NCBI GenBank assembly: GCA_013115145.1
Contig: JAAPAO010000342.1
Location: 1-37,772 of the forward strand
Direction: 5' to 3'
Source: Perkinsus chesapeaki ATCC PRA-425
Taxonomy: Eukaryota; Protista; Perkinsozoa
Length of the DNA: 37,772 nt
Shown: positions 21,775-31,207 of the stretch, piece by piece
Position numbering within the stretch: position 1 is the stretch's first letter
How the letters are laid out: each line of letters opens with the position of its first letter
Translations under genes and position numbers: made by a program
Notes under the pieces: model-generated
The model's database searches: none
Seen by the model: only the letters and a program-made list of their open reading frames with translations
What the model was told of the DNA's origin: nothing

Positions 21775-24700
21775 CTAGACGCATGAAATGCCCAATGACG
21801 TAGAGGATGAGATGGATAGATGTAGCTGACTAGTTGTAGCCAAAGGAGCAGCGGGTAAACCCTTTATATATCTTCTCAGGGTTTCGGCTTCAATCTCAGC
21901 TCGAATCTCTTGGAAGAGACTCAGTCCACGAGGTCTCCGTCCGACGTCGTCTTCTTCATCTTGGTCCTCGTCATCACTCAATAGGGTACCATTCCAGTGC
22001 CACTTCGTCGTCACTCTCCGCCGGAGAGTCTCCGGCACTCTACGCTTGTCATTGCACATGTCCACAAATCACGATCAAATGCTCTTGTATGGTAGCATCC
22101 TTCCTCGCATCGATCAACCGATCAATTGAGGCTGAGACAAAGAGGGGAGACCCAATGAAATCTAACACAAATCTAAAATAAAGCTAATAAGATAAAACAA
22201 GAAGTATTATGAAATGATAACGAGTGAAAGGCTCTCACTGGGAGAGTATCGGTCAGACAAAGACAATAAGCTCGCAGTCATTGCTTGTAATAAATGTGCG
22301 GTCAAACCAACTTTGAAGGATAAATTATAAGAAATGTCAATAGCACTAACCCTATATATAAGGTAGACAATAAAATGTATTTAAGTAGTAATCTGTTGAC
22401 CAAAAGGACTTATTATTAATCAAGTAGACTTGACAACTCAACAGTTAGTGTATTTGATCAATAGTTGATTTGAGAGTCTACGGATGATGATACTAGCTCA
22501 TGGCCGAGTATCTTTTCTGTGTTATAATACAATCCACAGTATTAGGATTCAACAACAACAATAGTAAGATAATGTGTATCATCGATTACACGCAACGTAA
22601 TGCTGCTTACCCAGCAACAACAATCTTCATAAACTACAACCAGAATGGACTTGGCCTCTCGGAAAGATCTCGCATGAGAACACCATCAGGAATGGTGGCT
22701 GTATACTTTCTAGCCGGATGTTCTTCGCCGTGGACTATCTTCATGTAAAGCAGCTCCGCCTTTTGCCGTCGCTCTTCCGTGGCGCCGGTGTCGTAGCTTA
22801 CGGTTTCATCGTCATTGCCATCGCCGCCAACAGACGAATCGGTTGAGAAATAATCGAAGTTAGAGTTGCGCTTCGCTCCGCTGTTGGGCCTTGCAGAAAA
22901 CCCTCGAGAATCTGCGCGTACTGCAGTAAGCATTTCTCCAGCCAGACAAGTGACCTGAGAAATATACCTCCTCAGCGGAACGAACCCGCGACCTACCTCC
23001 TCGGCCCCGCCTGCTGCTTCACGGAAGTCGGCTTGATCCATATCAGCTATGCACTCCAAAACCTAAACAAAACGCCTCTCAACACCAAGCCGTATAAATG
23101 ATCCACGAAATGCTTCTAGTCTGACGAGAACTAAGGCTGAACTAAATGCATTGGAGTAAGCAAGTTAGTCGAATAAACTGCCAAACCAGGTTACACAAAC
23201 TACAAATTTTCCATTTCTTCTAATAAAAAGATAATTACCCAATCCTTACCTCCTCTGCTAACTTCGCGGAAGGGCGTCCACCACCAGGACTAGTGAGCCT
23301 CGGCATCAACCAGGCCAACAGTCCTAAGGAGTTGTCCAAGGATAATAGCCTGGACTCATCATCGACATCAGAGTTATCCAGACTGCTGTTGTTAGGCAGC
23401 TCCATACGAGATAGAGCAATGAAAATCATGGCTGCAGTATCGGCATCAGTAGCACTAGCATAAGGCATGTGAAGCGTCCTGGAAATGCAAAACATGCAAC
23501 GCTTCGCTCCGCTTACAATCTGACCTGCTCTTGAGCTCCATTATGAATGGCAAGAGATCGTCCACTCGATAGTAACGAGCTCCACAACAGGAAGTGATAA
23601 TTGTTACCAATTGAGGTGTCTTCAGTTTACCTATTAAAGGAATACCTACTCAACCTGTGTAAGAACCTCCTGTCTAAACTTTTGCCGATCCTATTTTAAC
23701 TACACACTCTGCGTGCGAAGATGGACTATTAGTTTTACTTGTACGACTACCACGTAGAACAGAGAAATAAAATGCAAAAGGTGGCGAGGCTTGACCCGAC
23801 GACACTTTTGTAATTTCGAAAACTTCTTTTGTTGTTGTTGATGGTTCTGCAAACTATTGGATATAATTGAAAACACCATAAAGCGTAAAACAATCTAAGG
23901 CTCCTTCTCCTACCTATAAGATCGTTTCCTTCTCGCCTAGCAGCCTTCATCACCGATGACATTGGACCATTCATAGCTGCAACACTGTGGATTACTGAAA
24001 CCCAATCAGTTGGAGTCAAATCAGATTTCTTCGCCACAACCGAATCGGCCAGCAGGCCAGCAACTTCAGAGTGCTTCGACCCTAAGATGCCATTTTTCTG
24101 AAACCTCTAGCTGTCATTCAACGCTACCTTGTCTAGCATACACCTGCAATGTTGTAACCAAATCGATGGCTTTAAACGTCGCCACAGCGCGTGGAAGATG
24201 CGTTGACACCCTCGAGAGCAACACGTCCATAAGCTCGTCCCTGTCTGGCGAATCAGCGCAAAGATTGGAGAAAGATCGAAGGAAAAGCACCTGAAGGATT
24301 CGGATATGAGAAGGACTATGGGCTTGTGCGAAAGTGGTAAGCATCCGTCAGCTCCCCTGGAAGTATTAATTTATCGAGCTACTTCTCACTTAAGTATAAA
24401 CGTGTGAATTTGTGGTTGCTGGATATGGTGAAAAGAGCAAATGATAATCCTGTTTAGCAGTCCCATGCATTGAGAGAATAATAGGAAGACTATGACTAAT
24501 GTATGGTACGGATAAAGAGCAAGAGATATAATCACACAAACTTGAGCAAAAATGTAAATGAACTACAAGCGCTATTTGTTGATAGATTCAGACATGTTAT
24601 TAACATGTCATTAATAATGCGCAATATACGAATAGTTAATATGATGTTAACTATTCGTATATTGCGCATTATTAATGAGTGTTCAATATAATTCCATATT

Positions 24701-26012
24701 AACCAGTAAGCCTCCAAGGAGCTGCTGGTGGCTACTAAAGTATCCGACCTACCGCTCCAACTTACCAAACTTTCCGCTGAGAACTGCGCGATCCTCCTCT
24801 TAGCTTGCGTGCTCATCGCTCGAAGTAAATCCGAATTGAAAGGCTTCCGTTGGTCAGCTGGAGTGTGGTGCCGATGACGGTCGAAACCGGTCGCCAGCAT
24901 TTGTAGCTCTCTTGCTGTGCAATCTCGAAGTACGACTAAAGAGCAAAAACAGCGTCACCAGGAATCGAACCCGCGCCTCTCGCTTGAGAACAACGGTACA
25001 TGCATTATCAACAATCCGACGCTATAACTCCGAGCCTCTTCTTACGTGTGGCTAAGACGGCCAAGGCATCAAAAGCTCTATTTGCTATCTCCTGTTGATG
25101 GCCTTTGGTCGGCCCCATAATAATAGTTTGTTGTTGTTGTTGTTGCTGCTGTTGGGTGGGGTCAACACCTTCCAGCTTGCCAAACGAATAGGCTGCCAAT
25201 GCAATGTCACGAGCGCTGTAAATCGAGCCAGGTGCCGCCACTGATAGAACGGCAAGAGGGTCGCTGTCCTCGGGAGCCTGAGGTGAATGAAATCGATCGC
25301 GTGATCGATATTAAATCTTACCATTGCTATGACACTGAGAGCCTCTTCTCCAGAATCGCACAGTCGATTGGCAATCGCGTCGAAGATAGGCTCATACGCT
25401 AAATTTAATCTGAACGACAAAGAAATCCAAGGCACCCATATGGTGGGAAGTTCGATAAGATAAGAGAAGTGTGGTATGAATGAATGCCCGTATACTACCT
25501 CGCGAAACTAGAGCAATGCAAGCAAAGCTGTTGTGGTGAGAACAGGTCTATCTTCGCCAAACTCGCCTCGGCCAATGCCTTTAGCGGTGCCCGCAGATGC
25601 CTTGTTCGGGTCGACGCATAGGCATCGAGCAACCTAATGGAGAGTGGAACAGTTAATGGTGATGATGCGATACCTTGCCAAGGCCTCCGTGTCACACATG
25701 CCGACAGTCTTCACCACACGATCGGACATTTCAGCTGTGAACCGATCGGTTAGGAAACCAAGTTGGGCCCAGGAGGCGCATACTCTGACATATCCAAGCT
25801 CCATGCGGGCAAGATACGAAGTAGATTAATTACTTAGCCAGCTCCGGGGCGTTCCAATGGTCCATATCAGCTACTATCGTATGCTTTAGCCTTTGAAAGA
25901 GGTAAATGTGCTTCCGGTGTATTTTAGCAAAGTTGTCGAGTATCTCCAGAATAGCGTCTTTATCTCGAACGTTCGCCATCGCTGGCACCGACTTGTATTT
26001 CCTCCAGAAATT
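21775..26012 (-). CDS. Large helical-repeat (HPR/OPR-like) protein, probably organellar RNA-binding; multi-exon, 5' end unresolved
   Basis: Repeated motifs WNAPELAK, FSPQQLCLHCSSFAR, YSARDIALAAYSFGKL, FKAIDLVTTLQVYAR, LTPTDWVSVIHSVAAM resemble heptatricopeptide/octotricopeptide repeats. Exon chain partly inferred. Confidence 0.55.
22961..22995 (-). pseudogene. tRNA 3' relic filling a predicted in-frame 42-nt intron 22955-22996 (sense to host)
   Basis: Reverse complement GTAGGTCGCGG-GTTCGTTC-CGCTG-AGGAGGT-A-TATTT-CTCAG. The intron is not forced by frame, so it is inferred only. Confidence 0.5.
24608..24678. repeat. Perfect inverted repeat, 32-bp arms with 7-nt loop
   Basis: TCATTAATAATGCGCAATATACGAATAGTTAA (24608-24639) and its exact reverse complement (24647-24678). 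Confidence 0.97.
24945..25023 (-). pseudogene. Full-length degenerate tRNA (apparent CTC/Glu anticodon) in intron 24936-25045 (sense to host)
   Basis: Acceptor AGCGTCG/TGACGCT pairs 7 of 7 (one G-U); B box GGGTTCGATTCC; discriminator G then TTTTT; D and anticodon arms disrupted. Confidence 0.75.
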
Positions 26013-26144
26013 CTGAACAACAACAAACTACCATAAAACGACTAAGAAACTCCCGAAGTTATTTAACCTCCAAAATATCATTTGTTGTTATAAATGCTTC
26101 AGCTGGCTAGTGATCGCCGGAGACTACTAAGATTAGGTAATCTA

Positions 26145-28030
26145 TCAAATATAACGAACGACACTATAACATAAATAGGAGCATGAAGAGTTGAACGATA
26201 ATACTGCAGGTCTTTTCACTGAACGAAGCCAATACCGACCATCCTTCCTCCACTTTCGAGGAGCAAGAACGATGTGTGGAAGGTAGAAGATACGCCTTGC
26301 ATTTAACAGTTGTATCATATGTGTCCGGTTTTCCCCGTGAAATGTCCGATTCGTCGCGGCACACACTGGAAAGGGAAAAGCGGCGAAGTTGTAGTTTAGT
26401 CGGCAACAACCTACACACTCCCACTGTTTTCGTATCTAGCCCTAGCTTACTCTCCTTCTATAGTGCATCATTGAAGTATATTGCACATCTCAAGGAAGAA
26501 TGCATTTTATACAATAATTCCTCTTATATCTCCGCATCAGGAACGTCTTGTTGGCCTCCACGAGGGTCGCATTTTCGTGAGGCCGCCAGTCGAACCCCCG
26601 GTCCCGATAGAGAGATTAATAGTACCATATCGAGCGGGTATTTGTCTCCAACTTTCCTTATCAATTCCTGGATACTCGGGCTCACACCATCAAACCGATT
26701 ACGATCGGTTCCAGATGGAGGGTGTAGTTCCTCTGAACAAACAAAAACACTGAATCAGCCATTTTTTATCATGCATGCTCAACCTCAAGATATCCCCCAT
26801 ATTACTCTTATCCGCTTCCTGCCATCGAGGTACTTTTTCTTGAAAGACGTAGTCCCTGAGCAGGTGACCAGTATCAGTGAAGAGCGAAAATCGCAGATTT
26901 CCCAAACTCAGTAAAGTAGTGAACGGAAGAGTCGACAACTGCCAACATGACGGCTAGGTATTGCTCGTAGGACGTTCCATCGAACTCCAAATTAAATATA
27001 CATTTGAGGTCAATATACGAAGGCGGCCACACCTAGAACTTGATCTAGGACGAATGGTAAGAGCTTGGTCTCTTCATAGCTTCAACGAGCTTCCTATTAC
27101 CTATTAACAGCCTGGTGTGGCGCTATGTAAGAATCACCCCGTTGTCGACTAATACGTCGAGAAGCTGTCGGAACTGCAAAGCAAGGAATTGAACTCTATA
27201 CCTTCCGATAGGCAACCGAGAATATTACCAGGCGGCGAATAGGCCTCGAATCCAGGCGGAGGCCGCTGGCCGTAGTAAAGGGCATTCCCGGATGATGTTG
27301 GTGAAAAAGATGATGAAGAAGATGAGGACGAAGCAAAGCCTCCAGGCGGCAGTTCAAACGATTGTTGATTGTTGTTCGAATCAAACCTGAATATGGATTT
27401 CTAGAAACAGGGCAGATGAAACGATATATACGGTTTGCCAACTAACGCCCGGACGAATGCATTTTCCGATAGAAAAACTGTAAAAATCGAATTGAAGCAT
27501 CCATGCCAATTAAGGACTATTTGCATCGAAAATACGATTGTAAAGTTGGTACTGTTGTCGACTACTTATTATCTATTACTCGCGAGACCGGCAATCTTAT
27601 TAATAAACTATCAAGTTGATAAATCCAACTACAGTACCCGTTGAATGGATCGATTTCGACGACAGCCAAGTCGTTGAATTTGAGAAGAATTCTATCTTAT
27701 AACTAAGAGCCTGGCCTATACTGCGCAACCAAAGATTCTTGAGAGGTTAACTCACTGGCTCTTTGCCACAGCACTTCCTTTTTGTGCTGCTGTTGCCGGT
27801 ATAAGTGAGCTTCCTCCGCTATGAAAGAAGCCCTGTATTACACGTTCAAACTTCTGGCCGGACATAGCAACAACTTATAATACTAACAGAGATATTTAAC
27901 AAAGGGCAGAGCGAAAAGGCAATCGATTTGGGTTAGTCCAAATACCGAGACTCCTGGTTCGATCCCCGGCCGAGGTATTTTTCAATAGTTTTTCGCGCTG
28001 CGTGCTATTACTTCCCCGTATCGTTCAGAC
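26145..28030 (-). CDS. Probable multi-exon hypothetical protein; boundaries uncertain
   Basis: Protein-like exons flanked by GT/AG (DSNNNQQSFELPPGGF...YYGQRPPPGFEAYSPP; VSPSIQELIRKVGDKYPLDM; EEAHLYRQQQHKKEVLWQRA). A consistent full chain could not be built. Confidence 0.3.
27945..27982 (+). pseudogene. tRNA 3' relic, probably antisense in an intron of the minus-strand gene
   Basis: CCTG-GTTCGATC-CCCGG-CCGAGGT-A-TTTTT; T stem 4 of 5 paired. Confidence 0.65.
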
Positions 28031-28225
28031 ACACGTCACTGCAGGCTAGGCCTTGTTGATGGCTTAATAGAGGATATCTAATCACTTGGGTTATATGTAG
28101 AGGTCAAGGGTGACCTTGTGGTGGCTAAAAGATACTTCTTTTTCTGATAGAATTATGGGACTTTCAGTGTGTTTTGGGGTCATCTTGTAACAATGGATAA
28201 TCTCAAGGCGATCGTCCCTCAGAAT

Positions 28226-29422
28226 ATGGAGTCCTATACAAGCAGGGCCAACACAATATTCTGTACGTAAATGGAACGCTCTACCTATTTTGTATCTTGC
28301 GTAGTCCGACATATGATATTTTCAGGTACCTACTGTTCAGTACTATGTTTTCTAGGAATCCTCTGTCATTTAACGAGCTACATCGATCCCACGCCGGTGG
28401 TTTCCGGTACAGTGGCTCTAGCTGGGGTTCAGGATATGTACTTATTCTCACTAGAACTCCTCATACCGACTTTTCCATAAATTTAGGGTCCTCAATGGTT
28501 TCCTAAGAGCTGACCAGGCGAATCTTCAGCTCAACATCGACGCAGGTGCATATCCCTGTGGTGCGGGTATCTTGTTCTGATTTATCCTACTTAGACCTAC
28601 GACAGGAGATGAAGCATTGGAGTATGAACCAGCTATTCGTTTACGTTACAGCGGACTATGTTACCGATAATGCTGTACGTCACTGGGAATAGAACCCGGG
28701 TCTCGAGGATGAAAGAACGATTACCTAACCGCTGAGCTACTGGTGTTCTTCATAGGTCCGGAATTCGGTTACTATTTGGGACGATATTGTGAAATCAGAG
28801 GACGAGGCTTTGATTGTATTGACGGGAACGTTAATCTTGATTTTTAGTCGTTTCCCTTCAGCACCTCGAAGGAGTCACTAATGAGTATCCTCTACGGGAC
28901 TATACCAAGGGGACTTTGAGGTAACCTGCTAAATATCTTACGGTTTCTTAAGATACGTTTTTAGGGATAATAATATTACCCTTACGCTGCATTATCAAAC
29001 AATGCCTATTATTGGACAAATGAAACAGGTAGGCTCATCACCAGTGTTAAGATATCTCCGATAATTATCCGATAAGTTTCTTGTCTTACTTCCCCTCCGA
29101 CCTTTGATATCATCATATCATCTCCTGGATGGAGCACTATAGAAGTTTGTGGATTGGCTACCGCATTACTTTTTTGTCACGTTGAACGATCGCTATATTG
29201 TCTTAATTATTCTTGAACCGATAGAGCGTATCACGGTTGCTCAGCATTTGAGCTTCATTTGCTCCTTTCTAGCATTCCCTTCCCCCATCGGAGCCCTATA
29301 GGCTACCCTCCGAGTATATTAAGGGACATAAGGCTAAGACTGATCGTCAACATCATAGGAAGAGGCCAACTAGAGCACCGCGAAAGGAGCACCCTTACAG
29401 TGCGGAGGAGGAGGGATACTAA
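28226..29422 (+). CDS. SPCS3: Signal peptidase complex subunit SPC22/23, multi-exon
   Basis: MESYTSRANTIFCT...HWSMNQLFVYVTADYVTDNA|VRNSVTIWDDIV...NEYPLRD...NNITLTLHYQTMPIIG matches the family pattern; last exon and stop approximate. Confidence 0.85.
28675..28746 (-). pseudogene. Full-length degenerate tRNA-Glu(TTC)-like sequence forming 72 of 81 nt of SPC22 intron 28675-28755 (antisense)
   Basis: Reverse complement ACACCAG-TAGCTCAGCGGTTAGG...CTTTCAT...GAGACCCGGGTTCTATTCCCAGTGACGTAC; T stem 4 of 5 paired (one G-A mismatch), acceptor and anticodon stems broken. Confidence 0.8.
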
Positions 29423-29599
29423 GGGACACCGCTGCCAACCACGGCTGCCAGTTTTTTACACCATTTTCATGGCGATCATATTCATCGCGTTCGAGCTCTG
29501 GGGGAATTCTCACAGCCTCTTTTTTTAATATGGCGGACCGGCCTCTTGGTGGCGTCTTGGAGGTTACACCGGCCGAGATAAGATTCTCAAGTAGGTCGA

Positions 29600-30338
29600 T
29601 TGGGCGCCCCTGTGATTGCCATTGAATTCACTTTAGGTGACACCCATCCCTCCTCGAATATGCCTCGTCATGTTATTATTCGAAACCGCAGTAGCATGGA
29701 TGCTATAGACGTTCTTATAGGTCACGATGCGTCATCAGGTAGTATCTTGATAGATCTTGCTATCTTGCATTTCCTCAACGTTGTTAGGTAAGTGTGCCTT
29801 GGCTGATATAATATGTCCATCGAGTATTGTGGCGAATGAGAGCCTTCCTGAGCCTTTCGACAGGATAGTGGAGGGGCTTGGACCGGGGGAACGGTTATTG
29901 ATGAAGGTAAGGGTCATAGGTTAGGGGGGAGTGATATAAAAATAATATATAAATGTAATGAGGAAGTGGAGGCATAAACTAAATGTCGTACCATCACACA
30001 CAAATTATCTTTTCACGGGTCAGGTCCACAATCCCCATGATGATGGCTATCATCACAACATCTTCGCCAGTATTGTATTTGGAGTTCGCCTGCCAGGTGA
30101 CAGTTATATTATAGAGCGAATCACCATGCCTGTCACCACTGACTCAAGTGTCCACACAATGTTCATCAAACCAATAGATGAGATGCACTCACCTCCTCCT
30201 CCTACTACTCGTCCAGTATCAACCACTACCCAGGAGACCGGCAGGGGGGCGCTTGAGGGGGATGGCAGCAGTCGGGGGGAAGATGACTCTATATTGTTGA
30301 AGTCGGATGACGATTCAGGTGAGAGGGAGGGTAGCTGA
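29600..30338 (+). CDS. Possible multi-exon hypothetical protein
   Basis: GT/AG-flanked segments and a protein-like last exon (ORF 29958-30338); no consistent model. Confidence 0.2.
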
Positions 30339-30378
30339 GGAAATATTATGACGCAACCGGAATTGGTAAATATCTCGT

Positions 30379-30681
30379 ATGCGGAATTGGTATGAGCTCT
30401 CCCTCATGGTATTGACAATAATTGCCTCAGATAGTGATGATGACCACCGCCCTATTACCATAGCCGATCCGAAGACGGGCAAAACATTGTATTTAGTAGA
30501 TGGTGTTGGGTATTGTACATCCAGTGGGACTATGGTATTGTCAGTGGAGATGGCCAGGCCTATTACGGCTGAGTCGATTATTAGCGGAGGGAGCGGTATG
30601 AGCAACAGACGACGGCCATGCACGCGTGCGCATGAGGAAGCTAGAATTCGGAAAGCATGGGGGGCGTTTGGTGGCATTTAA
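30379..30681 (+). CDS. Possible small secreted hypothetical protein
   Basis: 100-aa ORF with short hydrophobic N-terminus (MRNWYELSLMVLTIIAS). Confidence 0.25.
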   Translation: MRNWYELSLMVLTIIASDSDDDHRPITIADPKTGKTLYLVDGVGYCTSSGTMVLSVEMARPITAESIISGGSGMSNRRRPCTRAHEEARIRKAWGAFGGI

Positions 30682-30830
30682 TGTGTGAGAACCGCAGCCA
30701 GTGTAAAATTTGATATCTACAGATTTGAGTTCTTCGGTGGAGAGGGAGGAGTATCTTTCGCACTGCAGAGATTTCTCACCTGTGTACAGGGTGTAGCAGG
30801 AAGTGCCCTGAATTCTTCTTCTCGGGTGCT

Positions 30831-31062
30831 TATAGGAGTAGGATATCTTTCGCACTATGAATATTTTCCCTTAGTTTCATATAGGAGTAGGATATCTTTC
30901 GCACTATGAATATTTTCCCTTAGTTTCCTATAGGAGTAAGATATCTTTCGCACTATGAATATTTTCCCTTAGTTTCCTATAGGAGTAGGATATCTTTCGC
31001 ACTATGAATATTTTCCCTTAGTTTCCTATAGGAGTAGGATATCCTTCGCACTATGAATATTT
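30831..31062. repeat. Minisatellite, ~4.7 copies of a 49-bp unit
   Basis: Unit TATAGGAGTAGGATATCTTTCGCACTATGAATATTTTCCCTTAGTTTC(A/C) starting at 30831, 30880, 30929, 30978 and 31027 (partial); at most one substitution per copy. Confidence 0.97.
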
Positions 31063-31207
31063 ACTCCTAGAGTGTTGGCGATGTTTTCTATTGTAGTTTT
31101 TACTCTCTTCTGTTGTTGGTGTTGTCTTATTCTGCTGCTGCTGTTGTTATTGTTGTTCCCATATCCTCCACCACTACAAGAACCACTAGAAGTATTCATT
31201 AATCAAT

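Noticed and set aside
25128-25155. CAA/CAG microsatellites (also 35714-35750 and 36580-36650)
   Set aside because: Ordinary poly-Gln coding tracts.
26578-26612. tRNA-like GGGACCGGGGGTTCGACT on the minus strand
   Set aside because: The T stem cannot pair, there is no oligo-dT in register and the host intron is uncertain; too weak to count as a relic.
26276-26914. 212-aa plus-strand ORF
   Set aside because: Composition not protein-like and splice signals favour a minus-strand gene; treated as a shadow ORF.
30831-31062. Possible CRISPR array
   Set aside because: Units are contiguous with no unique spacers, no cas genes, eukaryotic context; an ordinary minisatellite.
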